From a bacterium (GTDB taxonomy: Bacteria > Patescibacteriota > Patescibacteriia > SG8-24): DNA of 64,000 nucleotides. Position 1 is the stretch's first letter; every line of letters begins with the position of its first letter. The stretch covers positions 225 to 64,224 of the forward strand of contig JAKAKZ010000004.1 of assembly GCA_021824285.1 (NCBI GenBank), given 5' to 3'. Both the position numbers and the translations under genes were made by a program. The notes beneath the pieces are model-generated. The model did not search any database and was not told where the DNA came from. It saw only the letters and a program-made list of their open reading frames with translations. Of this stretch, positions 27,046 through 38,028 are shown in pieces.

Positions 27046-27827
27046 CCGAGTCTGACGGTTTCGAGTTCAACCGGCCGGCCGAGCCAGTCGGAAGCGATGC
27101 GCGCGAACTGGTCCGTGCGGTCGCTGACCGTATAGCTGTCCGAACCGACGCGGTCGAGGGACTTGGCCAATTCCGGATTGACGGCCAGATGGCGCTTGAG
27201 TGCGGCCACGGTTTCCCGGGCCGGATCGATTAGCCGCACTCCCTTGCCCACCGCCGCGGCGATGACCGGGCGCAGGAAAGGATAGTGCGTGCAGCCCAAA
27301 ATCAGGGTATCAATGCGGCGTAATTTTAGCTGATTAAGGTAAGTTCTGGCAACTTCCCGGACCGCCTTGGAGCGGTGCCAGCCCTCCTCCACGAATGGCA
27401 CGAAAAGCGGACACGGCTCGGCGAAGACTTCCGCCTCCGGTGCCTCGATCTCCAGGTGGTGCTGGTAAGTCCCAGAACCGACCGTAGCGCGCGTACCGAT
27501 CAGGCCGATGCGGCCCTTCGTGACCTTGACCGCCGCGGCCACGGCCGGCGAAATCACCTCCCAAACCGGCACCGGGAGCTCGGCCCGCAGCGTGCCCATG
27601 GCAACCGCGGAAGCCGTATTGCAGGCCACGACGATGATCTGCGCCCCGCGGGAGACCAAAAACCGCGCGTCCTCCAAGGCGTACTGGCTGATGAGCTCTT
27701 TGCTTTTGCCGCCATAGGGCGTACGGGCCGTATCGCCGAAATAGGCGATGCGGTAACCGGGCATCTGGCGATGCAGTTCTTTGACGACCGTCAGTCCGCC
27801 GAGTCCGGAATCGAAGACGCCGATCAT
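27042..27827 (-). CDS. murI: Glutamate racemase
   Basis: MIGVFDSGLGG, VACNTAS, ILGCTHYP; true start at 27827. Confidence 0.96.
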   Translation of the reverse strand: MIGVFDSGLGGLTVVKELHRQMPGYRIAYFGDTARTPYGGKSKELISQYALEDARFLVSRGAQIIVVACNTASAVAMGTLRAELPVPVWEVISPAVAAAVKVTKGRIGLIGTRATVGSGTYQHHLEIEAPEAEVFAEPCPLFVPFVEEGWHRSKAVREVARTYLNQLKLRRIDTLILGCTHYPFLRPVIAAAVGKGVRLIDPARETVAALKRHLAVNPELAKSLDRVGSDSYTVSDRTDQFARIASDWLGRPVELETVRLG

Positions 27828-27832
27828 GGTGG

Positions 27833-27915
27833 TGGAGGTTTGGAGGTGTGGAGGTTTGGAGGTGTGGAGTATTGCTTTCTCCAAACCTCCAAGACTCCAA
27901 ACCTCCAAACCTCTA
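27833..27915. repeat. Inverted octamer array (GGAGGTTT)n ... (AAACCTCC)n
   Basis: tggaggtt tggaggtg tggaggtt tggaggtg tggag ... ctccaaac ctccaaga ctccaaac ctccaaac fills the manB-murI intergenic gap. Confidence 0.85.
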
Positions 27916-27916
27916 A

Positions 27917-29284
27917 TTACGCTCTAATTAACCCCAAAAGCTCTTCCTGCTTGGATTCCATCTTAGTCCGCGATTTGGCTTCCAGATTCAAGCGCAACAA
28001 CGGTTCGGTGTTGGAAGAACGGACGGAAAACCACCAGTCCTCCTCCGGCCGGACAGCATCGCGGAAATCATAGCGCAGACCGTCTATCGTGGTCTCGGTC
28101 GCTGCCTCATGCCCGTAGGACTCACGCAGGCGGGCAAAGACAAGGGAGGGGTCGGCGACTTCGGAATTGATCTCGCCGGAATGGTGGTAGCGGCGGAGCG
28201 GCGCGACGATTTCGGAAAGGGGTTTCTTAAGCCGCGACATCATGGCCATGATGAGCAGCATAGCCACGTCCGACGACTCGCAGCCGTAGAGGTCACGGAA
28301 ATAGAAATGCAGCGACAGCTCGCCGCCGAAGATGGCGCCGGTCTGGCGCAGGAGCGGCTTGATCAGCCCGTGGCCGACCGGGCACATGACCGGATTGCCG
28401 CCCGCGGCCGCAATTGCCTCGGCCGTCGCCATGCTGGAGCGCACGTCGTAGAGAACGGTCGCACCCGGCTCGGCCGGCAGGAGCTCGGCCGACAATAGCG
28501 CGGTCAGCAGATCGCCGCGCACGACCTCGCCGCGCTCGTCCACGACGCCGATGCGATCACCGTCGCCGTCGAACGCGAAACCCACGTCCGCGCCCTCGCG
28601 CCGTACCCGCTCCGCGAGCATCACGAGGGTTTCCTCCTTGAGCGGGTTGGCCTCATGGTTCGGAAAATTGCCGTTCGGCTCCAGACAGAGGGTCTTATAG
28701 GTCACGCGGCGGCAGCGGTCCAAGAGGTCCTTGATGATGGCCCCCTCCATGCCGTTTCCGGTATCCGTCACTACCTTTAATTTGGCTAAGTACTGCGGTT
28801 CTACGGCCTCAAAGAGGCGGTCCAGATAATCGCTCCGAATGTCGGTTTCGACGATGGTTCCCGGCTCCCCGACTTCCGGATAGGGGCCGGCTGCGGCCAG
28901 ATCGCGGATTTCCGCCATGCCGGTCGTCGCGCCGATGGGACTGGCGTCGCCCAGACAGAGCTTGATGCCGTTGTACTCCTTCGGATTGTGGGACGCGGTG
29001 ATCATCGCGCCAGCGTCGTGCAGGTCATAGGCGCCGACGGTGAAGTAGAGCATCGGGGTCGTGACCTGGCCGATGTCGATGACGTCAGCACCGAGCGAGT
29101 TCACGCCGCGGGCTAACGCCTCAAACAGTTCCGGCGAGGTAGCGCGCATGTCGCGACCCACCACCACGGCCTTGGCGCCGGAGAATTTCACGAGCGCCTG
29201 ACCGACGCGGTAGGCGGTGTCCGCGTCGAGCTGTCCGGGGGCTAGGCCGCGGATGTCGTAAGCCTTGAAAATTTTCTGGTCCAT
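27917..29284 (-). CDS. manB: Phosphomannomutase/phosphoglucomutase
   Basis: IFKAYDIRG, TASHNP, FDGDGDR, GELSLH, RSSNTEP; start MDQK at 29284. Confidence 0.9.
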   Translation of the reverse strand: MDQKIFKAYDIRGLAPGQLDADTAYRVGQALVKFSGAKAVVVGRDMRATSPELFEALARGVNSLGADVIDIGQVTTPMLYFTVGAYDLHDAGAMITASHNPKEYNGIKLCLGDASPIGATTGMAEIRDLAAAGPYPEVGEPGTIVETDIRSDYLDRLFEAVEPQYLAKLKVVTDTGNGMEGAIIKDLLDRCRRVTYKTLCLEPNGNFPNHEANPLKEETLVMLAERVRREGADVGFAFDGDGDRIGVVDERGEVVRGDLLTALLSAELLPAEPGATVLYDVRSSMATAEAIAAAGGNPVMCPVGHGLIKPLLRQTGAIFGGELSLHFYFRDLYGCESSDVAMLLIMAMMSRLKKPLSEIVAPLRRYHHSGEINSEVADPSLVFARLRESYGHEAATETTIDGLRYDFRDAVRPEEDWWFSVRSSNTEPLLRLNLEAKSRTKMESKQEELLGLIRA

Positions 29285-29421
29285 AAGGTAAGGGGTGCGG
29301 GCTGGCAGGGAACCGCGCGGCACCTATAGAAAATAGCACTCCCCGGCTCGAATCCTCAACCCCGCCGGAACATTGCAGCCGACGAAAAACACCCGCCGAT
29401 GGCGGGTGCAAGACGAGGTGT

Positions 29422-29661
29422 TCAGCGACGGCGGACGGACTTCAGGACGGACCGACCGGCGGGGCCGGTGCGGGAGGGGCGGCGCCAGTAGCTCGCGATG
29501 ATCGCGTCGGGGTCGTCGCCGGGCTCGGCCCGCAGGCTCCGGCCCTCGAACCGCGCCGTAACGGTCTGCTTGATGTCGTTGGCCAAGGAGACCATCCCCT
29601 GGGCCGCGGTCTTGATGGTGTCGCCGAGTTTCGGGTTGTAGGTGATCACGTTGTCCTCCAA
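29422..29661 (-). CDS. Small hypothetical protein
   Basis: TTG start, GC3-rich codons, GGAGG and TTGACT-N17-TAGATT upstream. Confidence 0.55.
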   Translation of the reverse strand: MEDNVITYNPKLGDTIKTAAQGMVSLANDIKQTVTARFEGRSLRAEPGDDPDAIIASYWRRPSRTGPAGRSVLKSVRRR

Positions 29662-29871
29662 AAACGGTGCCGTGCCTCCCGCACGACTGGGCCAGACGAC
29701 TGCTGGAAGCTCAATCTAGCAATAAATGCGGTGGCAGTCAACTATTGGCCGCGTGATCATTCAAGCATAAACATATCCACTTTACCCTTATGCCCCACCA
29801 TTTTATAATGAAAGGGTCTAAAATAAGGCTACTTGGCCTTATCCATATCTGCGGCGCTGGCCGCGAAAATT

Positions 29872-30426
29872 ATGAACCTTATTCCGCTCATCCTGCTCGG
29901 GGCACTGGTGCTGCTCGTCGGCTGGCTTGTCGCCGTCTATAACGGCCTGGTGACCCTCAAAAACCGCACTGACGAGGCCTGGTCGGATATCGATGTCCAG
30001 CTCAAACGCCGCTACGACCTCATCCCCAACCTGCTGGAAACTGTGAAGGGCTATGCCGCGCACGAGGCCGGCACGCTCGAAAAAGTCGTGCAAGCGCGCA
30101 ACATGGCCATGAACGCCCAAGGCACCGCTGAAAAAGCGCAAGCGGAAAACATGCTCTCCAACACGCTGAAATCGATTTTCGCGCTTTCCGAGAGCTACCC
30201 AAACCTCAAGGCCAACGAGAATTTCGCCCAGCTCATGACTGAACTCAAGGACACGGAAGACAAGATCCAGGCCGCGCGCCGCTTCTTCAACGCCAACGTC
30301 CGCGACTTCAACACCAAGATCGAGGTCTTTCCGAACAACCTGATTGCCGCGAAGCTGCAGTTCAAGAAATACGAGTTCTTCGAGGCCAACGGCCAGGAGC
30401 GCGAGGCGGTAAAGGTGCAGTTCTAA
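29872..30426 (+). CDS. lemA: LemA family protein
   Basis: AWSDIDVQLKRRYDLIPNL, YPNLKAN, FPNNLIA. Confidence 0.96.
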   Translation: MNLIPLILLGALVLLVGWLVAVYNGLVTLKNRTDEAWSDIDVQLKRRYDLIPNLLETVKGYAAHEAGTLEKVVQARNMAMNAQGTAEKAQAENMLSNTLKSIFALSESYPNLKANENFAQLMTELKDTEDKIQAARRFFNANVRDFNTKIEVFPNNLIAAKLQFKKYEFFEANGQEREAVKVQF

Positions 30427-30427
30427 A

Positions 30428-30506
30428 AGCGTGAAGGGTGGAGCGTGAAGGGTGAAGCTTGATGAATTTTCAACTCCACACTCCCAACTCCACACTCCAC
30501 ACTCCC
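30428..30506. repeat. Inverted heptamer array between lemA and htpX
   Basis: agcgtga agggtgg agcgtga agggtga agc ... actccac actccca actccac actccac actccc. Confidence 0.8.
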
Positions 30507-30507
30507 G

Positions 30508-31398
30508 ATGACCACTTACGACTTCATCTCCGGCAACAAGCGCAAGACGGCCCTGCTCATGGCCGTCTTTGCGGCGTTTGTGCTGGCCATCGGCTGGTTC
30601 CTGGATCGGGTTTATGACACCGGCGGCGCGGCCGTCATCATCGCCGGCGGCTATTCGGTCGTCTCCGGCCTCGTCAGCTATTACGCGGGCGACCGGATGG
30701 CCCTCGCCATGTCCGGCGCCCGGCCGGTGAACGTCGAAGATGCGCCGCGCCTCGTGCACACCATCGAAAACCTCTGCATCGCTTCCGGCACCCCTCTGCC
30801 GAAAATCCACATCATCCCCGACCCGGCCATCAATGCCTTCGCCACGGGACGGGATCCGGAGCACGCTTCCATCGCGGTCACGACCGGCGCCCTGGAGAAG
30901 CTGGATAACGGCGAACTGGAAGGCGTGCTGGCGCACGAGCTGTCGCACATCCGCAACTACGATATCCGGCTCATGACTGTGGTCATCGTGCTGGTCGGCA
31001 CGGTCGCCATGCTGTCGCAGATATTCTTCCGCTTCGGCAGGTGGGGCGGCCGATCACGCGATCGCCGCGGCGGCGACGGCGGCCTCCTCCTGCTCATCGG
31101 TGCGGTCCTGCTAATCTTCGCCCCGCTCATCGCGCAGCTGATCAAGCTGGCGGTCTCCCGGCGCCGCGAATACCTAGCGGACGCGTCCGGCGCGCTCCTG
31201 ACCCGCTTCCCCGACGGCCTGGCCAGCGCGCTCCGCAAGATCCAGGTCGAAAACCAGCCGCTTCAGAACCGTTCCGCCGCGACCGCGCACCTCTACATCG
31301 CCAATCCCTACTCCGGCAGCGCCTTCGCCGACCTCTTCTCGACCCATCCGCCAATCGAGAAACGCATCACCGCGCTGGAGAAGATGGGACGGGCATAA
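30508..31398 (+). CDS. htpX: M48 zinc metalloprotease HtpX
   Basis: NAFATG, HELSH, SRRREYLAD, STHPP. Confidence 0.94.
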   Translation: MTTYDFISGNKRKTALLMAVFAAFVLAIGWFLDRVYDTGGAAVIIAGGYSVVSGLVSYYAGDRMALAMSGARPVNVEDAPRLVHTIENLCIASGTPLPKIHIIPDPAINAFATGRDPEHASIAVTTGALEKLDNGELEGVLAHELSHIRNYDIRLMTVVIVLVGTVAMLSQIFFRFGRWGGRSRDRRGGDGGLLLLIGAVLLIFAPLIAQLIKLAVSRRREYLADASGALLTRFPDGLASALRKIQVENQPLQNRSAATAHLYIANPYSGSAFADLFSTHPPIEKRITALEKMGRA

Positions 31399-31482
31399 AG
31401 TTTAGAAGTTTAAGAGTGTAAAGGTCTAAAGGTCGTGCGTCGCGCGACCTCTCGACCTCTAAACCCTTAAACCCCTAAACCC
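31397..31482. repeat. Inverted octamer array between htpX and clpC
   Basis: aaagttta gaagttta agagtgta aaggtcta aaggtc ... gacctctc gacctcta aaccctta aaccccta aaccc. Confidence 0.75.
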
Positions 31483-31490
31483 ACATCACC

Positions 31491-34061
31491 ATGGACATCC
31501 TCGACAAGTTCACTTCGCATCTCAAGAGCGTGCTGGCGAAATCCTATTCGCTGGCCGTGGAGGCCGGCTCATCCGACATCAACCCGGAGCATCTCCTGCT
31601 CTCCCTGCTGCTGCAGAAGGGCAGCCTTGGCGGCGAACTGCTCCGCAAGTCCGATGTCGGCGCGGAACCGGTCCGCGCCATGCTGGGGCGGCTGCGCGGC
31701 CTCGACCAGCCGGAAACGGCGACCCACGCGCACGCCCTGCCGAAACTCTCGCCGGACGCCAAGCGGGCCATCGAGAAGGCCGTGCTCACGGCCAACGTGC
31801 ACGAGCATAAATACGTCGGCACCGAGCACCTGCTCGCCGGGCTCCTGGACATCAATTCCCCGGCCATCGAGGCCATCATGAACGACCAGGACGTGGATAT
31901 CCTGAACCTCAAGGAGAAGGTCGAGGACAACCTGCGCGGCACGTCGCGGTTCCCGGAGATTACCGAGACTTTTGAGGCCGGCAAGGCCCCGCAGAAGGAC
32001 AAGGCCGAAGCGAAGGAGGAATCCAAACCGGCCAAGAAGCAGAAGGCCGCCGCCAAGGCCGCGCAGAAGACGCCCGCACTCGACTTCTTCGCCGTGGACA
32101 TGACCACGCCGGAATACCAGAAGAAGGTCGACCCGGTCATCGGCCGCGACAAGGAGATCGAGCGGCTGATCCAGATTCTCTGCCGCCGCACCAAGAACAA
32201 CCCGGCGCTCCTCGGCGAGCCGGGCGTAGGCAAGACCGCCATCGTGGAGGGACTGGCCAAGAAGATCGCGCAGGGCGAGGTGCCGGACGTGCTCACGGGC
32301 AAGCGCATCTACTCGCTGGACCTCGGCCTGATGCTCGCCGGCACCATCTACCGCGGCGAATTCGAGGGCCGTATCAAGCAGATTGTGGACGAGGTGAAAG
32401 CCGACCCGGACATCATCCTGTTCATCGACGAGCTGCACAACATCATGGGCGCCGGCGCCACTTCCGGCTCCATCGACGCCGCCAACCTGCTGAAGCCCGC
32501 CCTGGCGCGCGGTGAACTGCACTGCATCGGCGCGACGACCCTCAACGAATACAAGAAGCACATCGAGAACGACAGCGCGCTCGAGCGCCGCTTCCAGTCG
32601 ATAATCGTCGACCCGCCGACGCCGGAACACGCCGTCATCATCCTCAAGGGCGTGCGCAGCAACTACGAGCAGTACCACGGCGTGGAAATCAGCGACGAGG
32701 CCATCGAAGCCGCGGTCCAGCTCTCTGAACGCTACATGACCGACCGCTTCCTGCCGGACAAGGCCGTGGACCTGATTGATGAAGCCGCCGCCTGCGTGCG
32801 CGTCGCCCACTCCGCCGAGGCAGGCGCGCGCAAAATCGCGCTGGCCGAAGAGGAGCTGGAGAAGATCAACAAGAAGAAGCAGAAGGCCGTCTCCGGCGAG
32901 AACTTCATCGAGGCGCTGGACCTCAAAGCCCGCGAAAAGCAGCTGGAACACGAGATCGTCCGCCTGCGCCGCGAAGCCGCCTCCAAGGACAAGCCGAAGG
33001 TCGGCCGCATCGGTCGCGCTGACGTGGCGGCCGTCATCGCCCGGGCCACCGGCATCCCCGCCTCCGAGCTTCTCGCCACGGAAAAGGATCGCCTGCTCAA
33101 GATGGAGAAAATCCTCGGTGGCCGGCTCATCGGCCAGGACGAGGCCGTGGCCGCGGTCTCCGAGACCGTGCGCCGCGCCAAGACCGGCATCGGCCACCCG
33201 GGCCGCCCGCTCGCCTCTTTCCTGTTCGTCGGCCCCTCCGGCGTGGGCAAGACCGAGATGGCTAAACTCCTCGCCGAGACTGCCTTCCAGGACCCGCGCG
33301 CGCTAGTGCGCATCGACATGTCCGAGTTCTCCGAGGGCTTCAACATCTCGAAGCTCATCGGCGCGCCGGCGGGCTACGTCGGCTACAAGGAGGGCAACAA
33401 GTTCACGGATGTCATCAAGCGCAAGCCGCACTCCGTGGTGCTCTTCGACGAGATCGAGAAGGCACACCCGGATGTCCATAACCTGCTGCTGCAGATCCTC
33501 GAGGACGGCCACATCACGGACGCCACGGGCCGCAAGGTGGATTTCAAGCACACCATCATCGTCATGACCTCGAACGTCGGCGCCCAGCAGATGTCCGCAG
33601 GCAGCATCGGGTTCTCTTCGGCCGCCGATGGCGAGGTCAACGAAGAGCTGGCCGAGGAGATCAAGAGCCGCGCGCAGAAGGAGTTGGAGAGCGCCTTCCG
33701 GCCGGATTTCCTGAACCGCATAGACAAGGTGATCGCCTTCCGCCCGCTCGGCAAGTCCGACCTCGAGCAGATCGTCCGCCTGCAGATTGCGGATCTCGAC
33801 GGCCGCATCTCCCGCGACTACGGGGTGCATGTCAGCGTACAGGCGCCGGCCGTGGCCATCATCGCGGAGAAGGCCTGGAATCCCCTCTTCGGGGCGCGCG
33901 GCGTGCGCCGCCAGATCCAGGAGCTGGTCGAGAATCCGCTGGCCAAACGTCTGCTCGAAGACGACTGCGTCTCGGGCGACAGCTTCGTCCTGGGGGCGAA
34001 GAGCGGAGCTCTAGCGCTCGTAAAGAAACAGACCCATGCCCGCGCCGCAGCCGCCAATTGA
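31491..34061 (+). CDS. clpC: ATP-dependent Clp protease ATP-binding subunit (ClpC-like)
   Basis: Clp N repeats, two AAA+ modules ([16 protein letters not shown]), short middle domain, SIGF ClpP-docking loop. Confidence 0.9.
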   Translation: MDILDKFTSHLKSVLAKSYSLAVEAGSSDINPEHLLLSLLLQKGSLGGELLRKSDVGAEPVRAMLGRLRGLDQPETATHAHALPKLSPDAKRAIEKAVLTANVHEHKYVGTEHLLAGLLDINSPAIEAIMNDQDVDILNLKEKVEDNLRGTSRFPEITETFEAGKAPQKDKAEAKEESKPAKKQKAAAKAAQKTPALDFFAVDMTTPEYQKKVDPVIGRDKEIERLIQILCRRTKNNPALLGEPGVGKTAIVEGLAKKIAQGEVPDVLTGKRIYSLDLGLMLAGTIYRGEFEGRIKQIVDEVKADPDIILFIDELHNIMGAGATSGSIDAANLLKPALARGELHCIGATTLNEYKKHIENDSALERRFQSIIVDPPTPEHAVIILKGVRSNYEQYHGVEISDEAIEAAVQLSERYMTDRFLPDKAVDLIDEAAACVRVAHSAEAGARKIALAEEELEKINKKKQKAVSGENFIEALDLKAREKQLEHEIVRLRREAASKDKPKVGRIGRADVAAVIARATGIPASELLATEKDRLLKMEKILGGRLIGQDEAVAAVSETVRRAKTGIGHPGRPLASFLFVGPSGVGKTEMAKLLAETAFQDPRALVRIDMSEFSEGFNISKLIGAPAGYVGYKEGNKFTDVIKRKPHSVVLFDEIEKAHPDVHNLLLQILEDGHITDATGRKVDFKHTIIVMTSNVGAQQMSAGSIGFSSAADGEVNEELAEEIKSRAQKELESAFRPDFLNRIDKVIAFRPLGKSDLEQIVRLQIADLDGRISRDYGVHVSVQAPAVAIIAEKAWNPLFGARGVRRQIQELVENPLAKRLLEDDCVSGDSFVLGAKSGALALVKKQTHARAAAAN

Positions 34062-34701
34062 ATTCCGACCGAAGCCGAAGCCGGTCTCTCCGACCGGCGC
34101 GGGAATAAGCGTCCCGGAACGCCCACGGGCTCAAGCCGCGGCGCCAGCGGCACCGGAGAATCAAGGCTACGTCGGGGAAGATGACGAGGAAGAGGCGGGG
34201 GAGCCGATGGAGGCCGGTGCCGAAGAGCCGGAAGATGTCGACGTGACCGATCTTTCGCAAATATCGCAGATTGCGGTCGGCGTCGGCTCCGGCGTGTTCT
34301 GGCGCTACGCGCTGGCCTATACGTCCTTTTTCATCATCCCGGCGGGAATCTTCTGGCTGGTCAACCTCGGTTCGAACCGCGACTTCATAACAAAATGCGG
34401 CCAACTCAAGCAGCTGAAGGATAAGCTGCCGACGGACCAGATCATCAAGCTCATTCCACCGCCCTACCAGCTGCTGGCCCGCGCCATTTCGCTGGCCATC
34501 GATATCGGACCGGGACCGCTCATCTTCGCGACCTGTCAGATTTCCGTGCTCCTCTCGGCTATGGGTATAGCCGTCCTGATGGTTTACGCGTTCTTCTTCT
34601 TTACGGTCGACTATTGCAAGGCCGCAAGTCACATCAATGAGTGCATCAGCATTTTCGGCTGGAAAGCGATGCTGAATATCCTTAAAGACATCTACGGCTA
34701 A
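34036..34701 (+). CDS. Hypothetical membrane protein with Pro/acidic N-terminus
   Basis: Overlaps the clpC stop; hydrophobic segments and several Cys in the C-terminal half. Confidence 0.65.
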   Translation: MPAPQPPIEFRPKPKPVSPTGAGISVPERPRAQAAAPAAPENQGYVGEDDEEEAGEPMEAGAEEPEDVDVTDLSQISQIAVGVGSGVFWRYALAYTSFFIIPAGIFWLVNLGSNRDFITKCGQLKQLKDKLPTDQIIKLIPPPYQLLARAISLAIDIGPGPLIFATCQISVLLSAMGIAVLMVYAFFFFTVDYCKAASHINECISIFGWKAMLNILKDIYG

Positions 34702-34736
34702 GCCCGCCGTCACCAAATGCCCTTAGCGCCTCGCCT

Positions 34737-35978
34737 ATGAACCTGAAACGCGTCGCCATCATCGCCCTATTCATCTTGGCCGTCGTGCTCGGCGGACTGG
34801 TGCTATACCGGATTTTTTTCCGGCCGCTCCTCACCATCCAACCGCCCGCTCCGGGAGCCGAAAACACCGTGAACGGCGGCGGGTTGCAGCCCTCCGTGAA
34901 CGGCCGGCCAGTGACGGTGCCGACCAACGTCAACGCGCGGCCGACGACACCGCCGCCCGTGACGCCGACGCGACCGGCCGTCTCCCCCACCGCACAGGGC
35001 GGCGTAACGGCCGTAACCCAACTCGAAACGGCACCGACGGTCGGCGCGACGCTCGCTGCGGACGGTACGCTGCGCTTCTACAATAAAGATGACGGCAAAT
35101 TCTACCGGCTGAACGCCGACGGCACCATGTCGACCATCTCCAATAAGACTTTCTTCAACGTCAGTGCCGCGACCTTCAACCCGCAGGGCAGCGGCGTCAT
35201 CCTGGAATACCCTGACCGCACCAAGTTCTTCTACGACTTCAACGCCAACCGCCAATACACGATCCCCCAACACTGGGAGCAGTTCCAGTTCAGCCCGGGC
35301 GGCGACAAGATCGAGACGAAAAGCATGACCTTAGACGCGGAAAACCGCTACCTGGTCATCTCCAACCCCGACGGCTCCGGCGCCAAGGCGATTCAGGAGC
35401 TGGGCAACAATGCGGACAAGGTGGCGCTGGCCTGGTCACCGAACAACCAGATCGTCGCCACTGCGGCCACGGGCACCAACCAGGGGCTCGGCCGCACGGA
35501 AGTCTACTTCGTCGGACAGAACAACGAGAATTTCAAGTCCATGATGGTCGAGGGCATCGACTTCCGGCCCCAGTGGTCTCCGACGGGCAACAACATGCTC
35601 TACAGCGTGACCGGTCCGCTCACGGATTGGCGGCCGACGCTCTGGGTAGTCGACGCGAGCGGCCAGAACGTCGGGTCCGGCCGCCGGATGCTCAACCTCA
35701 ACACCTGGGCCGACAAATGCAGTTTCGCGGGCGGCACCACCCTTTACTGCGCCGTACCGCAGACGCTCGAGCGCGGCGCCGGCCTCCAGCCTGACGTCGC
35801 CGATACCACTCCGGACGACATCTACCGCGTCGATCTCACGACCGGCACCCAGACCAAGATCGCCACGCCGGAGGGCGACCACACCGTGGACAAACTGATG
35901 CCCTCATCCGACGGCCAATATCTCTTCTTCACGGACCGGGGTTCGGGATTGATCAACAAGATCAAACTCGCACCGTAA
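34737..35978 (+). CDS. Membrane-anchored beta-propeller (TolB/WD40-like) protein
   Basis: N-terminal TM, Pro/Thr linker, repeated FSP/WSP motifs. Confidence 0.8.
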   Translation: MNLKRVAIIALFILAVVLGGLVLYRIFFRPLLTIQPPAPGAENTVNGGGLQPSVNGRPVTVPTNVNARPTTPPPVTPTRPAVSPTAQGGVTAVTQLETAPTVGATLAADGTLRFYNKDDGKFYRLNADGTMSTISNKTFFNVSAATFNPQGSGVILEYPDRTKFFYDFNANRQYTIPQHWEQFQFSPGGDKIETKSMTLDAENRYLVISNPDGSGAKAIQELGNNADKVALAWSPNNQIVATAATGTNQGLGRTEVYFVGQNNENFKSMMVEGIDFRPQWSPTGNNMLYSVTGPLTDWRPTLWVVDASGQNVGSGRRMLNLNTWADKCSFAGGTTLYCAVPQTLERGAGLQPDVADTTPDDIYRVDLTTGTQTKIATPEGDHTVDKLMPSSDGQYLFFTDRGSGLINKIKLAP

Positions 35979-35981
35979 GCT

Positions 35982-36671
35982 ATGCGCACCTCACCTGCCG
36001 TTCCGGCCATCATCGGACTCGCGGCACTGACCGTGCTTTTGGTCTTCGGAATCACGGCCTATTCCGACTACAAGGCGGTCACGCCCGCGCCGACGCCGGC
36101 CACGGCCGACGGCACCGGCAACGCCGAGCAGAAAGCGCCGAAAATCGACTTTGCCAACCCCTCCATCGGCCCGACCGATGCGCCCTTGACCATCGTCGTC
36201 TACGGGGACTATCTTTGCGGCGCCTGCGGCGACCAGGAAAAAACGCTCCTCGAAACGCTCAAGGAATTCAGCGGCAAATTCCGGCTGGTCTGGAAGGATC
36301 TGCCGAATGAAACCGCCCATCCCGGCGCGGGCGCCATGGCCGAAGCGGCACGATGCGCCGGCTTGCAGGGGCAGTTCTGGTCCATGCATGATCGCCTATT
36401 CGCTAACCAGGATACGCTCAACGGATCCTCCCTGCCGGCCTTGGCCGAAGGGCTGAACATGGATACGAACGCCTTCCAGTCTTGCGTGACTGACCGCAGC
36501 GCCAAACCGCTGATCGACCGCGATGTCGAAGAGGCGGTGGCCCTCAAAATAGATGCGACACCATACATGTTCGTCGGCACCCGCCGCATCTCCGGCGCCA
36601 TGGGGGCAGCCGAGCTGAAGACGGTGATCGCGGCGCAGCTGGAGGCAGCGACGCCAAAGGCCAAGCCATAA
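35982..36671 (+). CDS. DsbA-family thiol-disulfide oxidoreductase
   Basis: GPTDAPLTIVVYGDYLCGAC, FWSMHDRLF, ATP cis-Pro loop; N-terminal TM. Confidence 0.9.
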   Translation: MRTSPAVPAIIGLAALTVLLVFGITAYSDYKAVTPAPTPATADGTGNAEQKAPKIDFANPSIGPTDAPLTIVVYGDYLCGACGDQEKTLLETLKEFSGKFRLVWKDLPNETAHPGAGAMAEAARCAGLQGQFWSMHDRLFANQDTLNGSSLPALAEGLNMDTNAFQSCVTDRSAKPLIDRDVEEAVALKIDATPYMFVGTRRISGAMGAAELKTVIAAQLEAATPKAKP

Positions 36672-36687
36672 TCGCCACAACCAACCT

Positions 36688-38016
36688 ATGACCATTGCCA
36701 GCCACCGCCGTTCGACCAAACGCCTGCGCCCGCTCGCCGCCACCTTGGCGCTCAGCGCCGTTCTGGCGTTCACCGTGGCCCCGGTAGCCGGCTTCGCCCA
36801 GCAGGTTGATCGCTACGGCAACGACATGGGTGCGCAATACGCCGGCCAACCTTACAACGAACCGAACGCCACGACGGCCTATTCTTTTAGTCTTGGAGAG
36901 GATTGTGGCCTGCTGAACGTCGGGTATTCCTGCAACGCCAACACGAAATATTTCAAATGCAGGCCGAAAGACGGCGGCGCGACTTGCCAAGACATAAGTC
37001 CGGCCAAACAGCAGCCAGCCACACCGGAACCGGAGCAGATCCTGCCGAACCTATCCATACCGATTCCCGACCTGACGTTCAGCAACGCGGTAATCGCGAC
37101 CCAGGACGGGCAGGCCGGCATCCAAATCAACTGGATCGCCCAATGGATCCAGGCCGTCTACCGCTTCGGCATCGGTGTCGCGACCGTGCTTGCGGCCGTC
37201 ATGATGATGATCGGCGGCATCCAGTGGCTGACGGCCGGCGGCGACGCCAGCAAGGTCTCTGCGGCCAAAGAGAAGATCAGCGATGCGGTCATGGGCCTGG
37301 CGCTCTCGCTCGGCGTCTTCCTTATCCTGTCGCTCATCAATCCGGATATCCTGAACCTGAACTCGCTGTTTGTCAGCAAAGTCCCGGCCGACACGGTGGA
37401 CTCGCCCTTCAGCGGCACCATGACCGGCGCCAATGCCGCGAACTGCGCGGAGGCCGTAAAGGCGGCCCAAGCAGCGAAGTGCGCCTTCGCTGAGGGCATC
37501 GTCCCGGCATCGCCGGGCAGCTCGCTGGCCTGCAATTACCATTTCAGTACGCTGAACTATGACTACACGAAGATAAACATGGTGGACTACACTGGCAACT
37601 GGGGCTCCGTCATCACCGCGCCCATCAACGGAACAGTCAAATACACCAAAGCCGACGGCATCTGCGGCAATTCCATCAGGGTCATAAACAGCAACGGCTA
37701 CATTACCATCTGCCACGCGAAAGACTTCATCGGCGAGGATGGCAAGCAGCTGGCGAACGGGACCGCCGTCACGCAGGGCACTCCCCTTGGTCACGTCGGG
37801 GGCCGCTGCTGCAGCGGTGAGACCGTGCCCTCGAGCTGGACTCACCCGAATGCCGGCAGTTGGTGCCACTTCGACGGCCGCGCCTGCAACGATCCCAGTT
37901 CGGCGGAAAGCTGCGAATGCCAGACCTCGGCCCAATCCGGGCAGACCTCCGGCCCGCACCTGCATTTGACCTATCGGGGCTCGACTGGTTATCTGCTGTC
38001 CTGCATCAAGCAATAA
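36688..38016 (+). CDS. Pilin-like domain fused to a Cys-rich M23 peptidase-like domain
   Basis: GGIQWLTAGGDASKVSAAKEKISDAVMGL...INPDIL pilin motif; VDY..WGSVITAPINGTV, CGNSI, CHA, SGPHLHL. Confidence 0.8.
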   Translation: MTIASHRRSTKRLRPLAATLALSAVLAFTVAPVAGFAQQVDRYGNDMGAQYAGQPYNEPNATTAYSFSLGEDCGLLNVGYSCNANTKYFKCRPKDGGATCQDISPAKQQPATPEPEQILPNLSIPIPDLTFSNAVIATQDGQAGIQINWIAQWIQAVYRFGIGVATVLAAVMMMIGGIQWLTAGGDASKVSAAKEKISDAVMGLALSLGVFLILSLINPDILNLNSLFVSKVPADTVDSPFSGTMTGANAANCAEAVKAAQAAKCAFAEGIVPASPGSSLACNYHFSTLNYDYTKINMVDYTGNWGSVITAPINGTVKYTKADGICGNSIRVINSNGYITICHAKDFIGEDGKQLANGTAVTQGTPLGHVGGRCCSGETVPSSWTHPNAGSWCHFDGRACNDPSSAESCECQTSAQSGQTSGPHLHLTYRGSTGYLLSCIKQ

Positions 38017-38028
38017 TCCCCTCCGGCC

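Noticed and set aside
27828-27908. N-terminal extension of murI (MEVWSLGGLEK...) and similar extensions of rplK, manB, pirin, lemA and the kinase
   Set aside because: These are translations of repeat arrays or upstream DNA; the family-typical starts lie downstream.
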